Positions 12,301-25,200 of a stretch of 64,000 nt of DNA are shown in pieces (positions within the stretch are counted from its first letter, which is position 1; every line of letters starts with the position of its first letter). Position numbers and translations under genes: made by a program. The DNA comes from Phoronis australis (Eukaryota; Animalia; Phoronida): positions 64,158-128,157 of the forward strand of contig NMRA01000745.1 of the NCBI GenBank assembly GCA_002633005.1. The letters are read 5' to 3'. The notes beneath the pieces are model-generated. The model saw only the letters and a program-made list of their open reading frames with translations. It was not told the DNA's origin and did no database searches.

Positions 12301-14754
12301 GCGGACGCCGGGCGGACAGACATATGAATTTGTGGGGCATCAACATGACCGTCCTTGCAGCATTTTTATTCTCATTCAAAAGATCTGGAGTACAACTGAA
12401 GCGCTCAGTGTTTTCTGAATATAAAGGCCAAGAGGAATTCTTATGTTGTACATCAATTGTGGGTCAACAGATGAATTTTGTGTTTTACGCTGAAACAATT
12501 GGTAAAATTTCATTGTAACGGAAACTATAGAAACATTTGATGCTTCAGACAATGTCTTTTTGAGATATTTATCATTTACAGTCATCATTAATGGTAAATG
12601 TTGGAAGTAGTCTTCTATTACATCAAGTTAATTTTGCGGTTGCTTTCAGAAATAATTGATCTATTGTGTGCATTGTGATAGGGTCACGCGACTTCCATCT
12701 TCGAAACGATGGCCCTTAGCAAAGATGATGTCCACCAGAAGACCCGTCTCTAAAAATGTGAATACTAGAAGGAAAATTCAATAAGTTCAGTAAATTGAAA
12801 TCCTGGTATTTTAATAAGATTTTAATTAAGATTAGTAAACCATGTTTCCAGGCAGACTTTTCCACCTGCAGACTAGTTTTCTGCATGCATGTACCCAGGA
12901 TGTTCAACCCTTCATCCCATTTATAAATATGTTCAGTCTGTTGACCACGAGCCCAGTTGTTTTGGTGCGTTTTACACATGCTAAAATCAACGGTAATGGA
13001 GCAGTCGATTAACAGATTTCACCGCTTTCAAAGTAGTCCACACTGTACAATAAGTTACATGTATGCCTCATTATGAAATAATCAGCAATGTTATATCCAT
13101 TAGAGGTTACACACGTTACACTGTCAATGTCTTCATCTCTCCCAAATCTTCCATTCAGTATTTTTATCTCATTTCTTTGGCAAACTATGATTATTCTGTA
13201 AAAAACTCATTTACCTCACCATGATGATCTGTTGAGGTCTTAAAATATAGGTTATCTTCTACATGTACGTAACCAACACAATAAAATTAGCACTGGATTC
13301 ATTCAATGAAGTTTCGCCTGTTACGCGTACGAGTATTAAAATCCCACATTTATTGAAAGGTGACAAGCTCCCTTTATTTCTGCTGAGAAACCATGCAACT
13401 ACTGCTCAAGTATTTTAATCGTTTCCAATTGTTTACAAGTATACTCACCGGAACAAACGACCGCAAGCAACTCTCACGCATGCGCGGCGCAACCTCAGGG
13501 GCTGCGAGAGGAGTTAGTATTCCAGCCCTAGAGTTCTATGGTTTAAAGAGGAAGCCACTGTCGCTTCCCATAGTGATGGCACAAACTAACACTTCAAACT
13601 TATATTTGCGATATAACAATATTGAGAAACATGGGTCAAATAAACACTTTTATTGCAGTGTATATCTCTAATCTTTTTGGCGACCGTGCAAAGACATCAT
13701 CGACCTGCCTGACCTGATTAAATATTAAATGGCATATAAATGAACTTTTGGTAGTATTGCTGGTGAATTAGCCTACAGATGAATAGATTTCCAACATTTT
13801 AGTACCCTACTCTGAACGAACAGTGCGTCCAGACGACCCGTTCATGTATTCAAATTTGTTATTTTTGATAGTAAGTGTTCCTATTTCAACGAATGCACAT
13901 CATTGATTAACTCGGAAGACATTTTGTTTAGGTTATACTGATGGCCAAAAATTAAAAAATGAACTTGGAAAATGTACTTTCCAAAGTCTGCTTGCTTTGA
14001 TTAGCTTATCAGTTTTGACTGAAGCGTGCTTACACAGTCGTATATACATCTCTGATAAGAACTCCTGATCTATAAACAGTATTATCACATGTCAAAGACG
14101 AAATGATTCGGAGGTAACAGTCTCGTGACGCTAACACTAGTAGGACTCCACGTGTATGCCACTATTTCTTTTCCGAAAGTTAAGCCTACTTTCAACTGTC
14201 TCTTCTTTCAAAAAAACGTCGTTTTTATCGTCAATAACCGTCTCATCGCTCGCTGTTTTATTTCAGAGTGGAATGGTACGTTGCTAGCCAGTTAGAAAGT
14301 AGAACGTAATAAAATGTCAAAATTAATCCCGAATTCGCCAAAGCTGACTAAGTCTAGACCCCAGGCCCTGAGCTATGGAAATGCCATTAGTTACCTAAAA
14401 TCTGGCTTCGCAGTGTCACACATTACGGTAGCATGGCGTTGCCCGGGTTCTGGGGTTCTTTTATACAGCTGTCACAAATATCTCGTCCAAATTAAAGCGA
14501 TATTTGCGCCAAATCTGTTTCTGTCAAACTAAGGTTTGAGGGTTGGCGAGATGAAACAGCATCCGGCGATGGTTTCAATGATTTCAGAATAGTTGTAAGT
14601 AGTACCTGTTATTACACTGTAGGTTAACGCAGGTTTGGTACCCTTAAAATAACTCAAGGTGAAACTTTTTCTTACCTAAAGAGAAAGCTACATCACAGCA
14701 AATTACCATAACGCATGTGGCCAGTAAAACTCCCTTTGAGCGCAAATCGTCCAT
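6360..14754 (-). CDS. Secreted single von Willebrand factor A (VWA) domain protein, ~220 aa, matrilin/collagen VI-type VWA
   Basis: Exons (minus): 14754-14676 (MDDLRSKGVLLATCVMVICCDVAFSL, signal-peptide-like), 10357-10217 (CSGKQADIVFVVDASGSVG, MIDAS DxSxS), 9462-9330 (..YTRLGTETWKAV), 7849-7692 (..GSRSGVPHIAIFLTDA..), 7350-7216 (IGNIQNSEELKALGTDP..GGACP), 6376-6360 (GFGTR*). All introns are GT-AG and the total of 663 nt is in frame. The first and last exons are less certain than the four VWA exons. Confidence 0.85.
7408..7569 (+). repeat. MITE family A (~160 bp, CAGTGGCG...CGCCTCTG termini)
   Basis: Short TIRs and the shared core GCCCCC.TAAAATTCT..GCAGTTCGGGGTG..GGCAAAATCCTGG.TAATACTCT..CTCAAAA..GGATCCGCC. 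This copy is flanked by GTTAC on both sides. Confidence 0.75.
10870..12360 (+). repeat. Non-autonomous element with degenerate internal tandem units and a GGAC-rich end (Helentron/HINE-like); related copy at ~54040-54410
   Basis: About eight units spaced ~120-220 bp, each with AAAA...CCACTAGRNGGCRC-like cores. The 3' end AGGGTTTTGGAG..GCAGCGGACGCCGG.C.GAC is shared with 54331-54380, and AGACTCGAAAACAGTAA occurs at both 12094 and 54071. Confidence 0.5.
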
Positions 14755-14813
14755 GTTTAGTCAGTCACAATCACACATCCTTTGGACTACAAAGACAACT
14801 TCCTGCGGACCTC

Positions 14814-14820
14814 TTTATAT
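14814..14820 (-). promoter_or_regulatory. Candidate TATA box of the VWA gene
   Basis: ATATAAA on the minus strand ~60 bp upstream of the proposed ATG at 14754. Confidence 0.4.
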
Positions 14821-15530
14821 CGTCACTTGTCGGAAATATACCTCCACTTCCTCAAGCATGCTGTTTCCTCGAAGCTGATAAGACGCGCTCAGACTTCCGA
14901 TAAGCCAATGAACTTAAATCAGACGTTTGTACAGGTTTTTAGCTGATAGGTACAGTTGACAAATATATCAAAGCCATTTAAGCACAAATTCACGAAGACA
15001 AATAATCGTTCAGAAATCTTGTCAAAAGGCGACAAGTGAACCCCGTGCACTTCTACTCATCAAACTTTGAAATTGTCAGTAACAATTAAGGTTGTTGTAA
15101 GAGAAAAAATGTTGAAATTGATTGGCGTAAAGTGAATCCAATCTCAGTGTTTTTTTTCACAAAATTGTATATCACTTGAGAAAAATTGATGACCTGATAG
15201 ATAGCATCAATTGCTCCACATTTCATGATTTTTGAAAACATAGATCTTTTATTGTTTAGGCGTTCAGGCTTGGAAGGGTGAGGGGATTCATTCAAGTGGC
15301 CACCTTTTTCGTGTTTTTACTGAAAAACTCTTAAGGGGTTTCTTACTAAGAGAGGGACCAATGTTGGAACCGATAACCTCTATTTTCCTGTTTTTGAAAT
15401 CGTACAACTGCGATGGGATGAACCATCAGTCTTAATACTGCTTAGCTGTCAATTAACATTTTTGTGAGAGACTGTGACGTGTTTGCAATTCGTCGGCGCC
15501 CGAAAAAAGCGAGGTAATTTGTTTTTAACG

Positions 15531-15772
15531 CATGCGCGCTCCCAGCCTGAAATACAAAGGGGCTCGAATTTTTGACGATGTGGACCTTTTACTTACAAAA
15601 AACGGGGAAATGAAAAAATGGAATACCACGTATGTCGTTAAGAGCTCACTATTGTACATTCGTGCGCCTTTTTAATGGATTTTTGTGTCATTTTCTCGGA
15701 CTTTTTTTTCTCTGAGGAGGACCTTTTAGCCCACTTCGCCAAATGGGGGTTCGTTCATGTTCCCTTCCCATG
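15531..15772 (+). repeat. MITE family B copy (~240-265 bp, consensus CA.GCGCGCACCCAG...CTGGGTGCGCGC.TG)
   Basis: Core GGGGCTCGAATTTTT..ATGTGGACCTTTT..CTCTGAGG.GGACCTTTT..CCACTTC..CAAATGGGGG is shared with 47697-47963, 49177-49444, 61462-61686 and 63036-63292. Confidence 0.7.
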
Positions 15773-16299
15773 TAATGAGTTTCATATTCACCAGTCTGCA
15801 CGATTCAGCTTTATTTTGCAAGTCGCAGGTTATGTTTACATTTTCGGACCTAAATGTCTTGCTCATCAAAATGCCCATGTGACCGGCGCAACCCCCNCCG
15901 GGGAACCCCTGACAAAGTTTTTAAGGTCAACATCATGTTGGCTGGCATCCCCTCCAACGTATTATGTTCCCAGATGGCATTGGAATGTTGATAATTTTTT
16001 TCTTACGGCAAACTTCTTTTTTTATAGTACATGAAAAGGACCCGTGCCAATAAGAAGTTCGGTCCGTGTAACAACAATTACGGGGATGGGGAAAGGAGAA
16101 GGTATTTAGCCGATAAATTTGGAAAATGGCTAAAAGTTTTCAGATGATTTAGCCATGTTGGCCAATACCAAGAATAGCACGAGCCCAGCCTTACTGTTGC
16201 TATGTCGTGAAGAAGACGACACCGGTTGGTCGACCGAGGAGGCTGTGAACGCAGGTATCGTAGCAGACGACGAGAGTTCACGTGAATTGAAAAACAACA

Positions 16300-19200
16300 A
16301 TGGCGGCGAAAGTGCAGTGTGTTTCCAGATTTGCTCTATTAAAAGTAGAAGATGACGACTCAAGCGACGATAGTGACATTAAAGCGAAGAAGACAAGTCA
16401 AACATCTGGGCAGAAGACCTCTAATTCTAAGAAAAGGAACAAAAAGAAGAAAAAGGCTGAGGAAGATCGCGAAAAAGACGAGGTATTTACTTTTTTGGCG
16501 TGCATGTTTCGTTTGCGACCGTGTTTCGATTGTTGAGCTGGCTGAAGCACGTGTATACAAAGCAACGCAATTCACTTGATTCGCTGTACTTATCAGTACT
16601 GTGATATTTAACTGTTTTGGAAATGCAACCAATGAATTATTTACAGCTGAGAAATCTCGCCTTTGGCAAGTCGGGTCAGAAGAAAGGTCCAAATGTCAAC
16701 ACTCCCAGCAGTTCATCATCTTCCAATGCCACTCCTAGCACGAGTTCACATTCGAACGATCCAATTGGTTCTTCACATACCGACAGGTCACAAGAGCAAT
16801 GGGAAGAGTGGAAGAAACTCGACACCGAGGTTTGTGAGACATATTCAAAATTGTCCTGATAAGGATGGGTGGTTTTTAGACAACACGTAGCCCCTCAGCT
16901 GGCTGGCTGTAGGGTAAAAACTGACAAGAACCGCAGTTATCACATACAAAGCCGACTTCCGTGTTTTTTTATTCACAAAGACGAAGGAAGCAGGCGCTCT
17001 TTCTGGAACGCCGAGTCTCATGCAAACCTCCCATTGGACGTTGCTGTCTTGTTTTGGCGACAACTCCAGAGCTTCACAACATAAGGCTACAACACTCCGC
17101 TTTGAGCTCTGTATTAAATCCGTTTTGAACAGGCAGCAGATCGAATCTGGTTACAGCGGCAGATTTAGGGGAGGGGGAAGGGGGCCATGGCCCCCCTAAA
17201 ATTCTCCTAGATACCATTTGGCAGTTCGGGGTGCAAATTGGTGACTTGCATATGCGCGCACAGGGGTGTTCATGGGGCGAATGCACAATGCATGGGCCTT
17301 AAACAAATCCTGTTTACCTTTTTTATAGTAATAAGGTTCACAAACCCAGAAATTCGAGACCACTGCATCCCTTCATTTTAGGCTAGGCGCGGCCGTGTGG
17401 CGAAATTCTGGTTATTCCTGAGCCCTGCCCCCCCCAACTCAAAATCCTGGATCTGCCCCTGCAAAATAATTCAGCTATCAATGCAACTTAAGTATGAGTT
17501 TCCCTTCCAAGGAGACGATTGCACATCCTAATCAAGCCTGAACTATGCTGGAAGATTTTTTGCATATTGCGCTTAACTCTAGGTATATTATCAAAGTTAC
17601 TTTAATTACTGCGCCTTTTACGTGTAGGTGGGCACGTATGCAGTTAGAGTCTTCAAATCCTTCCGTCTGGACATTTTTAATTCTTCTTTCCATAAATCAA
17701 ACTGAAGACTGGTCGACTTTACAGAGAATGTGCTCCAGGTTAAACGGAAAAGGTACAGAAGGTCATAGGGAGGTCTCCCGTAAGCCAGCCATGACACCTA
17801 GAACCTTCTGAGCCGTTTCAGTTTGGTGTCACTTTACAAATACTAAACATTGAAAGAACTTTGGTGGAATAAGAAAATTTATCCAGAGTTCGATTTGGTG
17901 ACCTGCAGCTCACAAGTGTGTCTTAAGATGTAATGTGGTGACCTGGTAGAAATCCCAAGTCCACGCGAAGTCACAGGATTTTTGCAACTCCCGACCAAGT
18001 CGAAAAAAGTCAGACAGGTGTAATTCGTTTTGAAATTTGTGGTGACTTCCAAACTTGAAAAATTAATGATTTTTTCCCACCGACTCAAAACACTACAAGA
18101 AGTAAACAGGTGGTAGTCATGATTTTTCAACAAAAGACAAAAGGTCCCATTCATGCCGATACATTGTTAATGTACAATATGTGCAAATCCATTGCTTGAT
18201 CGAAAGTTTTTGAGGATTTTGCCCAATATTTGTCCAGTCACTCGAGTTTGTTTAATGGTCTTTCACTGCTTGACAATTGCAGCCTCCACCGGTGTGCTTC
18301 TATTCTTGCACTCAAAAGACATGACAACATAAAACTTCCTGCATATAGATGCCCCATGGAATTGCCACCATCAGTAGCACTGTGAAACATACAATATATC
18401 CTTGTACTCTAATTTCAAAATACAGCTAGGTATTTATGGCTGTATATTTCTGCAATCGTGTGTCCATGCTGAGGGGATTGTAACCTTTTTGCGAAGTTGT
18501 ATATAGATACCATGTGAAACATAATTTATCAAGTGCTAATAGTATTGATAATACTGTTACGTTTGTTCCAGCACACGCTGGACACATATGAGAAAGAACT
18601 CCAAGAAGCCATGATACAGAGTAAACTAGAATATCAAAAGAGGATTCAGGTAATCTATTGCCGTGGTCACTGCGCACACAGCTCTGATTTTGTGTTAAGT
18701 TGTACAGTGTGTGCACCCAAGTTGATCAGAAAGCATGACTGGTAATTCCCTGCCATGACGGACGGATACAATAGCATTGACTTCCTCTCTTCTGTGCATA
18801 GCCATGATGGTGAGAAGACGACTCAAAATCAACCTGGTGGAACAATGAAAATGATTGGTGATGACCCTCCAGGTGACTTAACGACATTCTCAAGCTACGT
18901 TTACTTATATTCACGTCCAGTTCACGAGCTCCACTAAGTTATTCATTATTCTCGGCAATCTAAAAAGTGCAAAGAATTGTATAGGCTACTGTGATGTCCA
19001 CGGTGAGTGAATGAAATCGTGGTTGGTCCGCGGCCATGACTAAACGCTTTGATTCACTAAACTTCGTTACGTGACCAACCACTTTTTTTCCTGCGTGCTC
19101 ACGCCGGCTCCTACCTGTGTCCATTGGAAGTTTCATGAGACACATCAAGGTCACCTTGACCGAAAAACAACCATCAGCGTATAAGCTTAGGATGTTTTTT

Positions 19201-22200
19201 TGTATGGGGGCAAATCTCCTAGTTGACCCCAGTTTCGTCCCACCCCTTCCATCATTCCCATGCGCCCCAGGTTTTGTCATCCCAGCGGATATTACGTGTT
19301 GCCTCCAACCCCGACTGCATGCACGACTTTAAGCTGTTGTCTTGCTTTACTTTAGACCCGGTGTAGTGAGCAATTTGACTTTACAGTGCGACACGAGATT
19401 CTGTTCGCTGTTTCTCTTCCCCCTCCCACGCCAGCCCCCTCAGATTGCCATGCCTATAAAAGGCCAGTCTGGCCCATGTACCTTTCTATGCACCCACATA
19501 TACAATACTTTCTATGCGAGTGTATGTTGGTGTCATGTGTTTAGATGTCTGGCGCCCGCTGCTGTGTCTCTTTAACCCTTGCAGGATTTTAATGAGATTA
19601 CATGTAAGCAGATGACTTTGTGTACTTTGTATGGTCCTGGCGACAGACGACGACGAGTTTTGGACTGATCCGACTGCTGCTGTGCCCTCTAAAAACATTT
19701 GGATTTTTAGGTTTTAAAATTTGATCCGGCGCGATTAAGGGCGAATATCGGCCCCATTCCCCTCTCAAAAGTATTAAAAATCACGCAAAATTCCCCCATC
19801 AGTTAAAAAAATTCCCCTCTGAACAATCAAAGATTCCTGTCATGGTTTTAACCTCAGACAATCTCAAAAATATTGTATTCAAACCCATCGACTTAACTCG
19901 CAAGGCCGTCAGAGCCCGGAATCCCTGTAAGGCAAGTTTCACATATAGGAGTGCTAGAGCCAGTTCCGCAGTGTTTTACACTCACGTATTAAAAATACAA
20001 AACTAAAAGCAAACTCTCCTCTCCGTAGCAATCTCAAGCAGACCTCATTTGAAAAGCTAGCTCCCCTGAATTATATGCTGTGAGCAACAACTCTGTCAGT
20101 TAAATGTAGAAGCAGTTAAGCATTGCTCTTTTTATCAATTCGCTGAGGTGGGAGAACGACTGAATGGTCAAATTTGAGGACATTTTACTCTATACACTGT
20201 TGTGCCGGATTAAAATTACAGGCTAAAACCTTTCACTTTGTCTTTAAGGTATTGGTAATGCTGCCATATTTAAGAGTTAGTTTTGAAAGTCCCCCCATGG
20301 ACGTTTACTCATAACTCCATTATTTTGTGCTTGTGTGAAAAATGAACCACTGTATTGGTTTTACGTTCGTAACCCAAGCAGTGTGACAACAGTAATACAC
20401 CGTATTTGGATGCCGAAGACATATCTAGGTTGATGAATCAGCGACTGTATGTGGCAAGAGGTCATCTTCACTTGCCTTTGTGCAAATACATGGCATATGT
20501 AATAATGACTTACTTTTTGTAGTTGAAGTTGACACTTGCTTATTTGTGAAAGCACAAAAAGCAGTGCAATAAATATGCATCACAAAATTACCCTTTAAGT
20601 ACAATATTACAAGAAAATTCCTTTTTTTTAAAAGCACTTTGAAAATTGTCCTTTTTGAAGATACAGGCACCTTTTCCCTCGGGTGAGATTCACCTTTTCT
20701 CTCAGGTGAGTGAGGGCGCTGCTCTATCTTCAGAACGCCTCCGTGGGTTTTCAGGAAATTTGGCTGGTAGGAGTCTGTTACAGACAGGCTGATGCCTTTT
20801 TATTTCCGGATGGATTTGACATGTTTTACGCCATCTTCTGGCATTTTTACCATTTTGTATCCATTTTTGGCATCCGCCTGCATATCCATCAAACTACTCA
20901 AAGGATCATTATGATTTTTGTCAGCCTCTCTTTAAAAATTGACTGGTGATTTCCTACTGGTAACAACACGACTGACATTGATTTGAGGTCGAGTATAAAC
21001 ACCGTTGCAGCAACTAGAGCCAGAGTTTTTTTTGGCATCCACAGCTGTATCTCTTGGTCTTCGCAAAATATGACAAGTGTATGCCTATGATTGTGGCAAC
21101 AGATGGCATTTTCTGTCTAATATCCCTGACTACTGCTGAGCCTCCTTGTGCCACTTCTTTTTTCCCTCTGTATCTTTCAAGTTCCTGGGCAAATTGTCAT
21201 GAAATTTGTCAAATAGGTCTCTATTAAGGAGTTGGACAGGATCACCCAGTTTATGGATGGGTTTGACTCGTTCTGCACCATATAGCTGCACCACCCAGTG
21301 ACTATTTTGATGCATACATCCCTAGCATACCATTTGCGATGCGGTGGCTTAGTATTGTCCTTGTTAAATGATGAAGCGCTTAACATGTAGACGCGTGCAC
21401 CTCGACTCCACTTTTGTTGTCTCACTTCTCATTTGAATTGCATTGTCTGTTATCAGTTTCTCGAGGCTACCAAAGACATACCAGACACAAGTGACTGCTC
21501 AGGTAAAGATGGAAAGAAGAAGAAGAAAAAGAACTTCCTCACGCTCGATGAGTTTAACAAACTTGGTGCTGGTGACTCTGAGAATACAAGCCAAAATATA
21601 AATGGTGAGATTTACCCGTAACGTGTTGTTCAGTGGGTGTAGACAGTTTCTTAACGTAGCTATTTCACACACGGTCGTGAGTGCTCTTGATAATAAAGTA
21701 ACACCGTCAACGAGAAGAGTGGTTTTAGCAGATCAGCCCAATCAGGATCCGGATTTCGAACTTCCGTGATTGTCGTCCCACTCATAAGTGAACGGGTATT
21801 TCAAATGTATTAAACTCGTCAACTTTACCAGTTCTTAGCAAAATCTCTTTTTGGATCTGACTCGTACTAGTATTAATATACTCAATAACTCCCGCCATTA
21901 TTACTGTAGATTCCATGCCAACATCAGACCTTTAACAGATCTGGTTTTGTTTGTTGTCAGTTTGCTGCGGTTTGTTCACCTTCCCTTTGTGTTCATTAGG
22001 TGGCGCCAGTAACCCCATCCAACAAAGCAAGGTGCTCAACACAAGTAACCTCTCGGCGGGGGCAGACGACGACAAGAAGTTCTTCAATAGAGTGGAGGAG
22101 GACGCCGGCCGGGCCATCCGTAAGGAGCTGATACACGAGGAGTACAGGAAGGTACACACACTTCCTGCCAATAGGTGGAGTTTGTAGTGAGGAGCACTAG

Positions 22201-25200
22201 TCGGCACTCAACGATTTCATAAAAATTACAGGTCCCCATTGGAGTATGGTTCAACAGGGAGCAGCATGATGGAATGTTGCAATTAAGTTTTTAACTACTT
22301 TGACCTTTCAGGTGCCCTGGCTATGTGATCTTTATGAAATAGGGTGGCATTGATATGATGTGTTGTCATTGGGTAGATGATCGGCGTCTTTCTGTGTTTT
22401 TTTTATTGTAATGTATTGTAGTATTGGTCCTCCCATGACTGACTCCAGTCTTAGTATCTGTCTCCCAATCACTGACTCCAGTTTTTGTAATGTATTGCAG
22501 TATTATTCCACCATTCACTGACTGCTGTCTTAGTATTTGTCTCCTAATCAAGGACTGTAGTTTTGTAATGTATTGCAGTATTATTCCACCAACCACTGAC
22601 TCCAGTCTCTGTTGATGCACACCGATAATTCCCAGATTGCCAATAATTGATCTGACATTGTCACTTTTCCATATTTAACAAGGTGGCGCTGCTGCGCTTG
22701 CATTCAAGTTATCACATTGGACCGTTAGTTCTGCTCTCAAGCTGTTTAAATGTTAAAGGAGGAGTCTTTAATACTCACAGCTGTTTACAGAAAGCAGTCG
22801 ATCTAAGGCAGGGTTACGTAATCAGTGCCAACTGGTGACTGATGTAGGAAACGTGTTGCCATTATTGTGTATGGTCGAAATCCCATAATTATTTTAGAGC
22901 ACGTGGTAAATTGATAGCTGGAGACTGACAGAACATCAAAAATATCTTCGGTCTTAATCTGTCCCATCATTCACTTGCTGTCAGTATCATGTTATCTGAA
23001 TTTGCGTACCAGGGCTTTCTGCACGTGAGCATGATGGCAATTTTGGAAGCAGAAGTTTTGGTAGCAGAAGTCACCGCCCAGGATTCTCCTAGTCATGTAT
23101 TTGACAGAGGGTGTATACTTACTGCAGCCAGCTCAAATGAAAAATTCCAGCGACATTTCAACACCAATGTACGGTCATGCCTTTGCTATCCATTTCCTGT
23201 GGAGTTCGAGGAGAGTTGGTTGTAGATTTCAGTCATGTCTATTTTCCCAATATGCACCCAGGGCGTATTTTCAGAAAAATGTTCTGGGCATATATTCAGG
23301 TACCAGGGCAATCAATCCCTCGATTTTGGGGCCGGATATTGTCCCCATTCGCTTATAAAAAATTAAATAATCAAGCAAAATTCTCCTTGTCAAGCCAAAA
23401 AAACTCCCTCAAAAGATTGAAAATTCTCCTCGGTATTAGAATCGCTTGTCACACAGGCGTCAGTTTGAAACAGTCCAACTTGTTTCTTCTGGCAGAGCCA
23501 ATGAGTGGTGGCAATGGGGTAGAGTACTGTCAGTTGCGGTTGACCTGTGGAAGGTCTTGCGTACCCAACTCCTGCCAACAGTGGCCATGATTTAAGTGTG
23601 TGACAGACTGATATGTGTTTGTGTGTTGTAGCAATATGTTGCTGAGAATGCCAGGTCTGCTCAATACCAAAAAGAAATGGATAAACGGGACAAGGAGATC
23701 GCCATGTTAAGGGCGTCGCTGAAGAACATGGAAGTAGGTATTGTTCTTGGAGCGAAGCTATAATTTCTCTGTAGGTTCAGCACTCGACGCTTAGCTAAAT
23801 GCATTTGGTGACCTGACATAATTCCCAGATCACCAAACGAATTCTAAGGCCACCAAAACGGAAGATCTCAGGCGTCCAAATCAATTCTGAGATTTCCTAT
23901 CCTCCTACCAAAAAAGGTCGAACGGACGTAGCGTCACCCACTCCTCCGATTTCCCCCGTAAATGCCTAAGTGTCAGCGTACCTTCATTCTCTATCTCAAG
24001 TCCTTCCGACAGCGAACTAACATAGAATGCAGACAACCCCATGGACTGGTTGTGCAAATTTCACTGATCTTGCCGGATTTTTTACCAAACAATTCCGACT
24101 TCTGTCTGTTTACTTCCTGACTTTGATATTTTCAGTCACGACTTTGTGGCGACTTAGGAATTTTTCCACGTCCCCAAACACAACCGGAGGTCACATTGGC
24201 GACCTGTGGGTAGCCAAATTGAGTGCTGAGGTTATCACAGTTAGTATTGCCGCTCTCGTGTATGTGGAGTTCAGTTTTGATGTTGTAGATACAACATGGC
24301 TAAGCAAGGACTTGAGCATTGTTTCGCATTTAATGTGTATTACAAATACAGGCTATGTTGAATGTTGGCAAAATTCTGATTGGCAAAAGTGTGACTAAAT
24401 AATTCTGCATTATGACAAGAATCTTTGTAGAGGCTAGCTTTATAAATAGGGGACAAATGAGTTTTGTCAAAAATTCTCTCTCTATCGAAGTTCTTTTATT
24501 ACCTAGGTGGAATATGAATGCGTGGTTAAAACTATTACCAAAAGTCTTTTGACAATTTTGTTGAGTGAAGCTTTTTCGAAAAAATTTTGAATTTTTTTGA
24601 AAATGTGTTTAGTGTTGTGTGAAAGTCTGCCCAGTTTACTACGAGAACAATGGTATGTCAAGTTTTGACTCGGGTGTTGCAGGATGAGCTCAAGCAAGTA
24701 AAGAAAAGAAATAAGCAACTGTGTGTCATCCTGGCCCAAGGAGAAAGTGAGTTGATTGGCTTACTGTCTCCAGCCTTCTCTTTGATTGGATAAACTTCTT
24801 CTGTCGATTGTTTGATTGGCCAACTCTCATCTGTGCATTATTTGATTAGCCAACTGCCATCTGCCTGTTTGATTGGCCAATTGTCAACTGTCTATTGTTT
24901 GATTGGGCAGCCGCTATCTTTATGTTCTTTGATTGGTTAATGGCAGTTTTCAGGCTTCTTCCTCATTGGCCAGCAGCCATTAAGGCCATGTAGGACCTTT
25001 TCAACAACTTTGTACATTTGGCCAAGTATCTTGCAAACTTCAATTTTGAAGCCGAACTGGGTTAATTTGTATCTTATATGAAAGTAGAGAGTCCGTAGAA
25101 AATAATTTTTGACTTTATCGTAATCTGAATCTGCCATTTATGGAATCGTGTGACTATGTCTTTTTAAAAAATTATTGTAAATGTAAAGGGAAAGGTGCAT

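Noticed and set aside
24752-24972. CRISPR-like array (also 22406-22610 and 10870-12130)
   Set aside because: Eukaryotic context, degenerate repeats, related rather than unique spacers, and no cas genes.
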